From positions 16,368,001 to 16,432,000 of the forward strand of contig OX597819.1 of assembly GCA_951406725.2 (NCBI GenBank): a stretch of 64,000 nucleotides of DNA, read 5' to 3'. This DNA comes from Octopus vulgaris (taxonomy: Eukaryota). Positions 39,437 to 53,362 of the stretch are shown here, piece by piece (positions within the stretch are counted from its first letter, which is position 1; the number at the start of each line of letters is the position of its first letter). The notes below the pieces were generated by a model. That model saw only the letters and a list, made by a program, of their open reading frames with translations. It searched no databases and had not been told where the DNA came from. A program made the position numbers and the translations under genes.

Positions 39437-40123
39437 GTATGTATCAGAAATTTCCATTTGTTGATCCTAGGCTGGTATAAGGACTTGAAAATCATTAATG
39501 TCGTCCCTATGTATGGAGCCCTTTCGGATCTTTTCAATTTGATGGCCAGTTTTTTAATTAATCTTTGAAATTAATCTTTGAAACTTCGGATACTGGTTGA
39601 ATGTGACAGATGTTTTTCTATTCTGTACATAAAAAAGTTTGGCTACTTTTTCTAGCAGGTCATGCAACCATACACAAGCTCCGCCGTTGGTCTGTCTCAG
39701 TAATAATTTTGTTGTTAATTAGCCTCAAATCAACCCTGATACAGCAAACCTATGTTGCTATAAAGACCTCTCTGGTTATTAAAGAAGGATTTTGATAAGG
39801 GAGTGGACCTGGAAGTTGTTGTTCGCAAACAGCAGCAGTAACTTTCTTCAGCTGAATATACGTCATTGATTGGTTAAAATTACCCAAATACGACAACTTC
39901 TAAAATATAAAATTTTGTCAAAAACGTTTAGAGCAAACCCCGTTCTATGTGACACATTCTACCAGTATCCAAAGTTTCTTAGTGTTTAGTTAAAAGGAAT
40001 TAATTAAAAAATCTGGCCATCAAATCGAAAAGATGCGCCCCTTCTGCAACAGGTCGTAAAATTTGATATATTATTTACATTATTTACATTTGACAGATAT
40101 TTGTCCTCATTTCATTTGTGGTT

Positions 40124-40169
40124 AACACAACGTTTCGGCTGATATACTCTCCAGCTTTCATCAGGTGCC
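40124..40169 (-). ncRNA. Minimal type I hammerhead ribozyme
   Basis: Minus strand: GGCAC-CTGATGA-AA-GCTG..CAGC-C-GAAA-CG-TT-GTGTT; palindromic stem III ACGT; GUU triplet. Confidence 0.75.
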
Positions 40170-40235
40170 TTGGGGAAATTTCGAACCTGCGTTCTCATTC
40201 CTAAGGTATTTTTCGATGTTATTATTATTATTATG

Positions 40236-40281
<46 letters not shown>

Positions 40282-40424
40282 GGGTAACTGCTAGGACTCG
40301 AACTCGGAATCTTGGGGTTTGTAGTCCGCGCTCTTAACCACAACGCCATATGTTCGTGGCGTAGTGGTTAAGAGCGCGGACTACTAACCCCAAGATTCCG
40401 AGTTCAATTCCAGGCAGTGACCTA

Positions 40425-40463
<39 letters not shown>

Positions 40464-40530
40464 TAACAACAACAACAACAACATTAAAAAATACCTTAGG
40501 AATGAAAACCCAAGTTCAAAATTTCCCCAA

Positions 40531-40576
40531 GACACCTGATGAATGTTGAAGGATATATCAGTCGAAACGTTCTGTT
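40531..40576 (+). ncRNA. Minimal hammerhead, more degenerate partner copy
   Basis: GACAC-CTGATGA-ATGTTGA..TCAGTC-GAAA-CGTT-CTGTT; first stem I pair mismatched. Confidence 0.6.
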
Positions 40577-40769
40577 AACAACAAACAATATGAGGACAAA
40601 TAGCCGTCAAATGTAAATAACGTAAATAATGTATACATAATTCCCCACCTCTTAAATATAGAACTGCTTTGTAAAACTTGATGATAGACAAAAGAATGCC
40701 CAGAATTTGGAAGGTGTTTCATTTGGGAGATTTTCTTTATATACATATATGTCACTTCGTCACTTCGTC

Positions 40770-41090
40770 ACTTCGTCGGTTACGACGACAAGTGTTTTTA
40801 GTTGATCCGATCAACGGAACAGCCTGCTCGTGAAATTAACGTGCAAGTGACTGAGTATTCCACAGACACATACTCTTCAGGTAGTTCTCAGGTGGGGGGG
40901 GGGCAGCATGACACAGAATGTGACAAAGTTGGCCCTTTGAATTACAGGTACAACTCATTTTTGCCAGCTGAGTGAAATTGGGGAATGGGAAATAAAGTGT
41001 CTTGCTCAATGAAATAACGCGTTGCTGGGTATCGAACTCAGGACCTTACGATCGAGAGCCAAAGACGCTAACCACTAAGCCACGCGCCTT
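40770..41090 (-). mobile_element. tRNA-derived SINE (Deu/Nin-like tail)
   Basis: Head AGGCGCGTGGCTTAGTGGTTAG on the minus strand; tail homologous to 6940-7110. Confidence 0.8.
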
Positions 41091-41144
41091 TTTTTTTACA
41101 CACACACACACACACACACGTATGAATGTACGCATGTATGTATA

Positions 41145-41366
41145 TATTTCTTTACTACCCACAAGAGGCTAAACACAGAGGAGACAAACAAGGACAGACA
41201 AACGGATTAAGTCGATTACATCGACCCCCAGTGCATAACTGGTACTTATTTTATCGACCCCGAAAGGATGAAAGGCAAAGTCGACCTCGGCGGAATTCGA
41301 ACTCGGAACATAACGACAGACGAAATACGGCTACGCATTTCGCCCGGCGTGCTAACGATTCTGCCA
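41145..41366 (-). mobile_element. Meta-domain-like SINE
   Basis: Homologous to 890-1110. Confidence 0.85.
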
Positions 41367-41442
41367 CACACGCACGCACGCATAATCACATAGGCAGAAA
41401 TTGAAACATATGTATAGTTTAATTTGTGTGTGTGTGTGTGTG

Positions 41443-41490
<48 letters not shown>

Positions 41491-42088
41491 GTGTGCGATT
41501 GCTCATAGCTTTATTTTTTCGTTACGTTGATCTTACCTCAAACATTCGCTGTTCTCCCATTTCGTGTCTCTACGTCACTGTCGGTAGGTGGCTCTCTCTC
41601 ATGTTCCAACGTAAGGCAGCCACGGCAAAGCTATTAATTGCTCTTTCACTCAATACAAAGCGAATCACACATAAATCTCTTAGACAGAATATTCTATACA
41701 GACAGATATGTCTATCATAATAAACCTGTTTAGACAGGTAGCTAATTTCCTTTTTCTGGCTTTGTTTTGCTTTTGTTTTATATTTTTTGACTACCTTTAT
41801 ACGTTTCGTTCGCTCAAGACAAGCACACCAGCTTTCCGCAACGCCTTCTACCATTTGCCAACCGACGAGAAGCCATCAAGTGGAAGGGCCGAATAAAACA
41901 AGATTTTTATCTGTATATTTTTATATCATCTTATTGGTTTATTTAGCCATTTATTTATTTATTTATTTATTATTTATCTATTTGTGAACCCATGTCAGTA
42001 TTTCGTTTTCGCAAGATTGGGTTTTCTTCGGTTTCCTTCTTTCTTTCCTTCTTTTAATTTTCTTTCTGTCTTTATTCCTGTCTTGTAA

Positions 42089-42184
<96 letters not shown>

Positions 42185-43635
42185 ATGATGGTGGTGGTGG
42201 TGGTGGTGGTGGTGATATCAGCAGTATTCCAGTTGTCTAGTGCGTATTGCGTGTTTTCATTACACAACCGAGCGCAGTTCTATATGCCTTGGGCGCTTGC
42301 AGTGTTTTCTTATGTTTTAATGCCTGTTTTATTGTATTGCAATTATTCTACGCAATATGTGTGTGCTAAGCCTTCTACTCCCATTTTCTCTTTATTGTTT
42401 ATTTGCCCACATCTCTTTTAAAATAATTCCAAAAGAACTTAGTATTATAAGGAACCTTTCTGCTTTCTATCTTAACATTCAGGTTATATATATATTCTCT
42501 GTTGCTTAAAACTAAACAACCAGAAAATTATTGTTTCTTCACATCCTCCATACATACTCCAGTTACTATTTGTGTTTTATTTCATTTATATTTCCCTTTT
42601 TTCCCCCAGTTCTTATTGGAAGGTATTTGTCTTGGACAACAACAAATTTTTCTATTTCAGTTTTTGAGTTCTGGTTTTCTCAGTCACAGTTACGATTTTT
42701 TTTTCGTCCATTTCCATGTTATTCAGTCATTTTTAAATGTATTATTCACGTAAGTACTTACTCTGTCATCGCTTTAGCATAGCATTCTGTGTCCTCATTT
42801 TTGCTTTTACACAATCTCTGTTATTGTTTCTCGTTTCTTTTCACAATTTTGTGTCACTTCAACCTCTCTTTCACATTGCTTGGTTCTTTTGAGGTTTTCC
42901 TCTCTAGTTTCTCTCATCCATTTTATTTTCAGTTGAGAATATTTTAATTATAACTTATGACTATCTTATTAGTTCTGTATTAAATATCAATTCGATAAAA
43001 GTCTTGAACTTGTCTTCTAGTTGTGCAAGTTTTGTGCACTGTCTATTACATTGATTTCTAAGTCACAGTAAGTCTTTCTTTGGTCTAATTCACTTACCGT
43101 GGTTTCGTTGTCTAACATGATATCACTGGTTTTTATCAATCTCCTTTTTCAATGAGTCTTGGTGCATTTTTCTAATATGATATTTAATATCAGTTCTTAT
43201 TCTGAAACTGTATATTGTCTGTAGCTGTGTGTTTTTGTTATTTATCATATGTATTGTAAAATTTGAGGTCATCCATATAATAAAGATGGTAGATTATCCT
43301 TCCATAACACTTGTTTTTGAATCAAGTTTGATCTGATTTAGCATGTCGGCAAAATATATCAGCGCCAGGCAGAAGGAAGAGTAGAGGGTTGTCGCCATTA
43401 TCCTTGAAATAATATAATCGAGACTAGATTAGACCTAATTAAATCTTTTGTCTGCATCTGTACAATTGCTTGCATTTTCACATAACAATTTTCGGGTTCC
43501 GCGTATAGAGAATGATGCCAAAAGTCTCTTAGTAGTCAGTTCATCTGATGCTCAAACCTTTCTTTTTCCTTCTAAAGTTAAGGTTTTGTTTATTACCAAT
43601 TGATCTCAACTATCCTATAAATTTTTACCACGTCT

Positions 43636-44535
43636 CTATGATTTGATGGCGTCCCACAATTCCTGCAGCAGAGAAGCATGGTATGCCCCGTTAATTATGG
43701 TGCCCTTTGCCAGAATATCTATCATCACTACTCTGTGCTGGTCCCAAAAGACTGTGAGCATCACCTTGCCTGCTGAGGATTGGACATGAGCCTTCTTTGG
43801 AAGTGGTGAGTTATTATGCCTCCATTGCTTCGACTGGACTTTAGCGTCAGGATCATACAGATGGACCCATATTTCCTCCTGTGTGATAAGTCTGTCGAAA
43901 AAGTTCTCCTCCTTTTCTTGGCACAAAGTTCTCCTCCTTTTCTTGCCAAAAGAGCCTGGGAGCAATTGACTCGTTCTTGCTTCAGAAAAGATGTGAGCAT
44001 CCGGGGAATCTATCGTGTAGACAACTTCCGCATGTGTAAATGTTCGTAAATGATTTTTTTCCACAGACCCTACGCATATCTTCATTTCTTGGGCTAGGTG
44101 CCCAATAGTTATACGGTGATCCTCCAAACTGGTGGATTCCGCTTTATGGATGGTGTCGTCATTAATGGCGGAATGTGGTCGTCCAGGAATAGGAGCACTA
44201 TCCACCGATGTCCGACCATATTTGAACTGGTGATGCCAGTGCTTGACTACGTCGTATGGTGGTGCATCGTCACCATAAACTTCTTTCATCTCATCGAAAA
44301 TCTCTTTTGGTGTACGACCTTTCAAGTATAAAAACCTGATCACTGATCTGCATTCAACAGCCATCGTTATAACACCTTAATCCACTTCAGCACCGTAAAA
44401 GACAAACAAATACAAGTGAAAAGCTGCAAATCACAATATGACATGTAAAGACATATAATTATACCTGTACAAGTTCCGTTTCCTGCAATAAACGGAAGTG
44501 GGTCAGAAGAAATCTTTAATGGATACCTCTCGCTT
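43636..44535 (-). pseudogene. Mariner (Mos1/SETMAR-type) transposase pseudogene, 3'-truncated
   Basis: RSVIRFLYLKGRTPKEIFDEMKEVYGDDAP..W..F..GR..GRP HTH; FFDRLITQEEIWVHLYDP..QSKQW..SAGKVMLTVFWD. Frameshifted, with a 25-bp internal duplication near 43900-43945; TIR-like end near 44500-44533. Confidence 0.92.
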
Positions 44536-44542
44536 GTGTGTG

Positions 44543-44574
<32 letters not shown>

Positions 44575-44622
44575 TGTATGTATGTATGTATGTATGTATG
44601 TATGTATGTATGTATGTATGTA

Positions 44623-44671
<49 letters not shown>

Positions 44672-45329
44672 GGAACAAAATCGCAATACATAGCATTAAA
44701 ACGTTCGGACAGATAGACGACACAAAGGAGGACAAGAGAAACAACAATTAGAAGGACAAGCAAAAAAAGACGGGTCATTCTTGGCTTTCTTTCATCAGTC
44801 AAGTACCAGAAGTCACGACTATTTCGGACAGTTACACTTGAGATGATGCTATCTGGTTGTCTCCCAAAATGTCTAAGCAAAGAGCATTAGACCCCTTTGT
44901 AAGAAAGCTAGACAATGTGTACGGCAACAAAGACGAAAAAAGAAAACAAACAAAAAAAAAACGGAGAACATGGTACACAGTTACGAATACAACAACAAGA
45001 AATAACAACAGGCGTCTTTCGACTGAGAACGATTCAAATTGAGCTGACGTGTATTAAGTGAAAGCCTAGAGGCAGGAACATGGGAGATGGACACAAGACG
45101 TGTTGACGGTCACACATACATACATACATGCATACATACATACATACATGCATGCATACATACATACATACATACATACATACATACATACATACATACA
45201 TGTGTGTGTGTGCGTGTGCGTTGTATATAAAATTTTAACTCGAAATTTGAGAGCCCATAATTTCCTGGTGTTTTCCGGTTATTACATGTTTATAGTTTCA
45301 TAGCTGTCATAATCTCGTACGATTGTTCA

Positions 45330-45494
45330 GATTACATCGACCCCAGTGTTTCACTGGTACTTAATTTATCGACAGCGAAAGGATGAAACTCAAAGTCAAT
45401 CTCGGCGGAATTTGAACTCAGAACGTGTAGACAGACGAAATACCGCTAAGCATTTCGCCCGGCGTGTTAACATTTCTGTCATCTCGCCGCCTTA

Positions 45495-45553
<59 letters not shown>

Positions 45554-45742
45554 TAATCCTTTCAACTATAGGCACAAAGCCTGAAATTTGGTGGGGTGGG
45601 TTGGCGATCACAACGACCCCAGTACGTAACTGGTCCTTGTTTTTATCCAATCCGAAAGGACGAAAGGCAAAGTCGAATTCAGCAGCATTTGAATATGGAA
45701 CATAAAGACGGACAAAATGCCGCGAAGCATTTTGTCCGGCTA
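45330..45742 (-). mobile_element. Two Meta-domain-like SINE copies separated by (TAA)n
   Basis: Homologous to 726-1117. Confidence 0.8.
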
Positions 45743-46174
45743 TGTTGTATAAGACCACGTAATTTTGTGTTCTGGAATAAATAGTTGATTAAATGAACGG
45801 CAGTTCTTAGTAGCTACTTTTATTTTATTGGCCCCAAAGCATAAAATTGCAGTTTTAAGCATTGGCAGGAGGAGAACCCAGGACGCAAAGGTACGTATAG
45901 GGGGTCTCTAATGTCTCTGCCACACCAATTCACTTCTGCCCCTGCGGAAATATACGAATTGACAGACCGAAAAATGATACGTAGATTTCTGAGGCAAACG
46001 TTAGATTGAAATCCTAAAGCGATGAAAATTTTTGTGACAGACAGATTTGAGTGTGTAATTTATATTGTATGATAGATAAGAAACAGGTTCGTGTTAGTGT
46101 ATATGTGTTTGTATGTATGTGGGTATCTGCATCTACCTGTGTTTGTACGTGTGCATGTGTACGTATGTAAGTGC

Positions 46175-46271
<97 letters not shown>

Positions 46272-46310
46272 CCTGTCTGTCTGTCTGTCTGTTTGTCTCT
46301 CTCCCTCTAC

Positions 46311-46353
<43 letters not shown>

Positions 46354-46467
46354 CGTGTGTGTATGCGTGTGTGTGTGTATGTATATATATATATGTAAGT
46401 GTGTATATATATATATAATCACATATATATATATATATATACATGCATACAAACTTACATATGTATG

Positions 46468-46547
<80 letters not shown>

Positions 46548-47399
46548 CATGTATGACTATTTGTATACATGCACATTTCGAAGTGTTATTGTATAAATTC
46601 GTATTTACACAATACATTTGGATATCCTAAACATACATACATTCATACATATATACATACATACATACATACATGCATATATGCATATATATGTGTGCGT
46701 GTGTGTATGTATATATACATACATACATGCATACATATCTAAACACACACACACACACACACACATTATACCAACAAATATATCAGTAGACAGAGAGATT
46801 AATTTAGTCTGTAGAATACTTTATAAACTTGTAAGTTCTGTTTATCCCCCCCTCTTACACATCTCTCTCTCTCTATCTCTCTCTCTCTCTCTCTCCCTTC
46901 CTCTCCCCACCTCTCTCTCTTCCTTGTTATGTTAAAGTAAGGAATCAAAACACCGCCCTATTGAGAAAACAGTATGTGTTGGTGTATGTGTGTGCGGAAT
47001 TGCTTTTTGTTTATGGTTGTGTGTGTATTGTTTGTTTATGTGTATGCGGACACAAGTATGGTTGAGTGAGTGATTAAGAAGTTCCTTTCTCAACCATGGG
47101 ATCACAGGTACGATCCTTCTACGGAGCATCTTCAAATGAATTCACTATTCCTTCACACACACACACACAGACACACACACACACAAACCGTTGACCCAAG
47201 CTTGTCAATAAACGCGAATTGACGAAACCTTTTGGATGAACTGTACGTGTAAGGTCCGGCCTGGTCAGACTTTTGGCATGGGGATTCTACCTGAGAATCG
47301 GGTTAAGTGTACGATTAAACGATTGTGAAGGATTCAACATAAAATTGGTGACGAAACTGTCATTAAATTTATTCATCTACACGCAGACACACGAACTCA

Positions 47400-48477
47400 A
47401 ACTCGCTCACTCATGCACTCACTCACTCATTCACTCACTCGCTTGCTCACTCACTCACTCACTCACTCACTCGCTCACTCACTCGCTCACTCACTCGCTC
47501 ATTCACTTATTCACTTATTCACTTATTCACTCACTCGCTTTTCACTCACTCGCTTGCTCACTCACTCGCTCGTTCACTCGCTCGTTCACTCGCTCACTCG
47601 CTCACTCACTCACTCGCTCGTTCACTCACTCACTCGCTCGTTCACTCACTCACTCACTCGCTCACTCAGTCACTCGCTCAGTCACTCGCTCGTTCACTCA
47701 CTCGCTCACTCACTCACTCACTCGCTCGTTCACTCACTCACTCACTCACTCACTCACTCACTCACTCACTCACTCACTCACTCGCTCGCTCACTCACTCG
47801 CTCGTTCACTCACTCACTCGTTCACTCACTCACTCACTCACTCGCTCGCTCACTCACTCACTCACTCGCTCACTCGCTCACTCACTCGCTTACTCACTCA
47901 CTCACTCACTCGCTCGTTCACTCACTCACTCGCTCACTCACTTACTCGCTCGCTCACTCACTCACTCACTCGCTCGTTCACTCACTCACTCACTCGCTCG
48001 CTCACTCACTCACTCGCTCGGTCACTCACTCACTCACTCGCTCGCTCACTCACTCACTCACTCGCTCACTCGCTCACTCACTCGCTTTCTCACTCACTCA
48101 CTCACTCACTCACTCGCTCGTTCACTCACTCGCTCGTTCACTCACTCACTCGCTCACTCACTTACTCGCTCGCTAACTCACTCACTCACTCGCTCGTTCA
48201 CTCACTCGCTCGTTCACTCACTCACTCGCTCGCTCGCTCACTCACTCACTCACTCGCTCACTCACTCGCTCACTCACTCGCTCACTCGCTTACTCACTCA
48301 CTCACTCACTCACTCACTCGCTCGTTCACTCACTCACTCGCTCACTCACTCACTCACTCGCTCGTTCCCTCACTCACTCACTCGCTCGCTCGTTCACTCA
48401 CTCACTCACTCGCTCACTCGCTCACTCACTCACTCACTCACTCGCTTACTCACTCACTCACTCACTCGCTCACTCGC
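47400..48477. repeat. Degenerate (CACT/CGCT)n tetranucleotide array, about 1.1 kb
   Basis: Pure 4-nt periodicity; source of the 408-aa and 396-aa junk ORFs. Confidence 0.95.
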
Positions 48478-49455
48478 GAGTTTGAATGTGACAACATGAT
48501 TTCTTTCTCTTCTATCTGTATGGAATACAGCATACATAAATATGTGTACCTCTGCATCATTTATGCCTCAATATTCACCTTAAGCGCAGTGAATATTGCT
48601 TGATTGCATGCAAAAAATTTCCCTCAAGTATGCATTTTGTGCTTGCAGTTGTTTTGTAGGAGGCCTGTGATATTTATCAAAAGAATTGGTGTGATTTACG
48701 CTTTGCTGCAATGATAGCAAACCTGGGTCTATTATTAGAGGCGGTCTCTTGTGTGAGTATGTATGGCTTAACTTAGTTTGCATTCATGTCAGCTGCAGCA
48801 CTATTTTTGTGCCACACTTAGAAATTCTGCTGGTCTATGGTTGCAGCTCTCACTGCATCTGCATGCAGCTTTTTAGTGACCTTCACTGCGAGTCTGTACT
48901 GAAGTACAAGTTCCCCTGGTCAAGGTTTTGTCTTGCCTTGTTGGTGAAGCAGAAAGTGCTGTTTGCTATGGGTTTCATTCGACCTCCTCTCACCATGCCA
49001 GCAGACACCTTTTAAATGGAATTTGCAAATGGTACTCACTTCACGTACCGTTTTTTCTTTTTTTATTCTTTCTGCTGCTTCTTTCTATGTTTTTTCTTTT
49101 GATGTGCAGCCTTTTCTGCCGTTTTGGGAGGTGACATTGAGACTGCTTTTCTTAGAAGCTTTCATTTTTCTTTCTTTTTTCAATTTCTTCATCTCCGTAA
49201 ACTTAAATATCCTTGTTGAGGGTTGCTTTGTTTTTGCCTTCCTTATTGGGCCTTCCATGTGGGGTTACAAACGCAGGAACTGTTCTCTGTGTTAGGCGTT
49301 TCACTTGAGGATTCATCATTTTTAAAAAGAGTATCCAGTTTGTCCCAAGTGTGGCCTAATGAGTGCATAGGAACGGATAGATTCCCTTTTCCCACTCTCT
49401 TTGCACCACGAATCTGATATATCCGTTGAACACATAAACATGTATAATATATGCA

Positions 49456-49494
<39 letters not shown>

Positions 49495-49602
49495 ATGTGT
49501 ATGTGCGTGTGTGTGTGTGTGTGTGTATATCATCATCATCATCATCGTCATCGTCATCATCATCATCATCATCATCATCGTCATCGTCATCATCATCATC
49601 AG

Positions 49603-49667
<65 letters not shown>

Positions 49668-49774
49668 GAAGAAGAAGAAGAAGAAGAAGAAGAAGAAGAA
49701 GACGAAGGAGGAGGAGGAGCTGGAAGAGGAGAAGGTAAAGGCGGAAGAAATAAGAGGAAGTATATGTGTGTGAG

Positions 49775-49816
<42 letters not shown>

Positions 49817-50883
49817 TCGGAGGAAGAGAATGAAAACCAGAGAGAGAAGAAGGGGTGTGAGAGAGTGGTGGGGTGAGAATACAGTCATCCTTAGCAATAT
49901 GGTTGAGGTGTCTACAAATAACAAAGCGGATAATGCGTTGAAGGGTTTCCATTTGTATGGTTATTTATAACTTACAAAATGCTTATATGTTATTCTCTGA
50001 AGAAACTAAATACGGCTTCGTTGATTGATACATTATATCTGTTGCATATCTCTCTATTTAACAAGGATTAAGATGCAATCTTGATATCAGTTCATCTATC
50101 ATTGGTAGATTCCGGGGAGTAACTCTTCGCCTGCTAAATCTTCCAGGCGACCCAACAGGCGTTTTTTTCTGTCATTCCTGTATGACTTGAATTTCTCAAG
50201 TATTTACTTTTTGTTTTTATTTTGGCACTGCAGTCGAAGGTTAAATACTTCAGCGATTAGATATAGCTAGAAAGCTTAGTTGTGTGTCGCCTTCGATATT
50301 CCTGAAGTTAGATGGCTGGTTGTAATATCGTATTTTGAATTTTCCTTCTATGATCCCTATATATGTCATTTGGGAATATTATCTTGGTTCATGGGCCAAA
50401 ATCTCTTTCGCAAGACGAGCTCGAAGTGAAACTATATCAAACCACACTGATAAACATTGACCGAGAGATATATACCTTCCGCCCTCTGAGAAATATGCAA
50501 GAGAGGGAGTAACGGAATGCTGGAAGTCGGAATTATTATTTTTGATCAAAAACTTTTTACTCTTGTTGAGCTGTTGAGTTCACTTTTGTGTGTGCAACGC
50601 AATAGCACTTACAACCACACTACAACCAAAGTACCTATGTGTGCATGCGTATATATGTATGAGTGTTTATGTGTGTGCCTTTTGTTTTCTCTTTGTATTC
50701 TAACGAGCTTTGACCGAACATAAAGTTTGTAGGATGGTTCGATGTTTAAGCCACACACATTTATATACACACACCAACATACACATCTATACACATGCAC
50801 ACATACATAGACACGCGCACACGTGCATAGACACGCACGCACGCACACACCTACATACAAACACACACATATATAATGCAATA

Positions 50884-50944
<61 letters not shown>

Positions 50945-51492
50945 TACCACACGAATACACACACGCACACATACACACGCATATACAAAACTACTATAAC
51001 GCCGGACACGCTGAGTCACTTTGCTTGAAACTTTTAATATATATTCATACATACATATATACATGTATGTATGTATGTATGTATGTATGTATGTATGTAT
51101 GTATGTATGTATGTATGTATGTATGTATGTATGTATGTACGTATGTATGTATACATCGCATACACACGCTTATATACAGCGTATAGATGGCCTCAATTTA
51201 ACATCTGACAGCCCACTAATTATATCTTCGGTAGGTGACCCACCCGTAACCAATATTATCTATCGACCACCCCGTTCTTTACTTGGTGCCCCACGCCACG
51301 CCATGGCAGCGTAGATGGTGGTCTGTGACGTCAACACATCGAGCTACAGTCCTTCCTTCTGTTACCATCGAATCTTTACTTACCGACGACTGTATGGATA
51401 GACAGACAGACAGACAAGCCGACATACAAACGATTGCGCTTCTAAATAGTTAGATCGATTTGTATTTGTGTGTATAGTGCGGTGTATGTATG

Positions 51493-51526
<34 letters not shown>

Positions 51527-51548
51527 TGTATGTATGTATGTATGTGTG

Positions 51549-51580
<32 letters not shown>

Positions 51581-52026
51581 CATGCATACATATACTCTCA
51601 CTCACACTCGCACATAGAGAGAGCGAGATGCGTTTGTATGTGTGTGTGTGTACATATATATATATGTGTATGTATGTATATTTATATTTATATACATACA
51701 TACATATATATATATATATATGTCTCTGTAAACAATAACTCTCTACTTGAGTGGGCCATAGTGCCCAAATTCTGACTTGAAAGACTTCACCAGGTGGTGC
51801 TATTAAGTTAGACATGGCCTGGGCCAATAATGGCCGAAACCTATCAAAGTATCAAAGTATCAAAGTATATATATATATATATATATGAATTTATATATAT
51901 ATATGAATTTATATATATATATATATATATATATACATGCATACATATATGTGTATATATATGTACATATATACATACATGCATACATATATGTGTATAT
52001 ATATGTACATATATACATATATATAC

Positions 52027-52129
<103 letters not shown>

Positions 52130-52350
52130 TATATGTATTGTGTGTGTGTGAGTGTACATACATTTTCTCTTGTTCGTTGTAGTCTCCAGACTGCCTTTAT
52201 ATGGGGACACCACCTCTGAAGAATTTTAGTCCAACGAATCCTTCCCGAGTATTTAATTTTTAAAAGCCTGGTACTTATTCTGTTGATCTCATTTGCCGAA
52301 CAGTTGATCTACAGGGATACACGAACACACACACACAGACACACACACAC

Positions 52351-52408
<58 letters not shown>

Positions 52409-52552
52409 GCACGCACGCACGCACACATACATATTAATATATATATATGTATATATAATTAATAATATCAGGGTAATAAAGCTTTTAGAAATTTTTCACT
52501 ACCAGTGGCCTAGCGTATGGAAAAATTAGTCAATAGACTATTCACATAAACT

Positions 52553-53052
52553 ACAGTGTACATTTAAACACATTAAGAGGTTTCTATCATAGGAATCCCT
52601 AACGCTAGAAAGAACAGCTAAAGTCCAAACCACTAATTAGGGATATATTCTCGAAGTGAATGAAAAATAAAAACATTTACCATCTATTTCCTGGACCATG
52701 GTTTCTGACTTATTTTAACTAACAAAATAATTTGCTAGACGAAGCCTTCGTCAACAGGTACGCCAAGATTAAGCATATAAACACGAGGCCAATCCAGCAT
52801 GTTCCTCTTGCTTATACATTTTAATTTTTTCAAAGCCACATGCTGGATTGGCCTCGTGCTTATATGTTTAATCTTGGCGTACCTGTTGACGAAGACTTCG
52901 CCTAGAAATTATTTTGTTTGCTAAAATAAGTCAGAAACCATGGTCTCCCTTTAGGAAATTATCTCTAATTAGTGGTTTGGACTTTAGCTGTTCTTTCTAG
53001 CGTAAGGGAGTCCTATGATAGAAACCTGTTAATGTGTTTAAATGTACACTGT
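52553..53052. mobile_element. Fold-back Penelope pLTR-like element in (TA)n
   Basis: Arms about 52553-52802 and 52839-53052 are inverted, diverged copies. Confidence 0.82.
52690..52758 (-). ncRNA. Hammerhead ribozyme variant (UUGACGA core)
   Basis: Minus strand: CCTG-TTGACGA-A-GGCTT..AAGTC-A-GAAA-CCATGG-TC-CAGG; palindromic stem III. The copy in the other arm has lost stem I. Confidence 0.65.
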
Positions 53053-53224
53053 ATTTTATATATATATATATATATATATATCGGGGAATTACCTCCCTTT
53101 GCAGGATAAGGACACCGTGACGGTGTCGAGCCTTTCTGGTGACGTCGATGTTCGCCTGGGGCTAAATGCAACAGTAACACCCCCACCACCCTGCCCTGTC
53201 CCTAGCCATATTCAGATGGCTTTA

Positions 53225-53269
<45 letters not shown>

Positions 53270-53317
53270 GAGAGAGAGAGTTGTAAATTGTAAAATATAA
53301 CTGTCACCACTACTACA

Positions 53318-53362
53318 TGAACCTGAAGATTGTATAGTTTAATGCATGAAAGTACTAATTCA
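53318..53362 (+). ncRNA. Minimal hammerhead motif
   Basis: TGAAC-CTGAAGA-T-TGTAT-AGTTTA-ATGCA-T-GAAA-GTAC-TA-ATTCA; palindromic AGTACT stem III; one stem I mismatch. Confidence 0.6.

Larger units (their letters stand above)
40066..40635. mobile_element. Head-to-head pair of tRNA-headed, hammerhead-bearing elements
   Basis: Arms diverge from about 40352. Each has TGGCGTAGTGGTTAAGAGCGCGG..GAGTTCRA (A/B boxes), (AAT)n, then a hammerhead. Confidence 0.82.

Noticed and set aside
40357-40425. tRNA gene
   Set aside because: A/B boxes are present but there is no complete cloverleaf or acceptor stem; it is the head of a repeat. The same holds for the other SINE heads.
44770-44835. Permuted hammerhead on the minus strand (GAAA before CTGATGA); similar sequence near 11000
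   Set aside because: Could not build convincing stems I and II by eye.
47273-48603. 408-aa and 396-aa ORFs (THSL repeats)
   Set aside because: Translation of a (CACT)n microsatellite that lacks stop codons.
51795-51845. Hammerhead remnant GGCC-AATAAT-GGCC-GAAAC
   Set aside because: Stem II and GAAA are present, but the CUGANGA box and stem I are missing.
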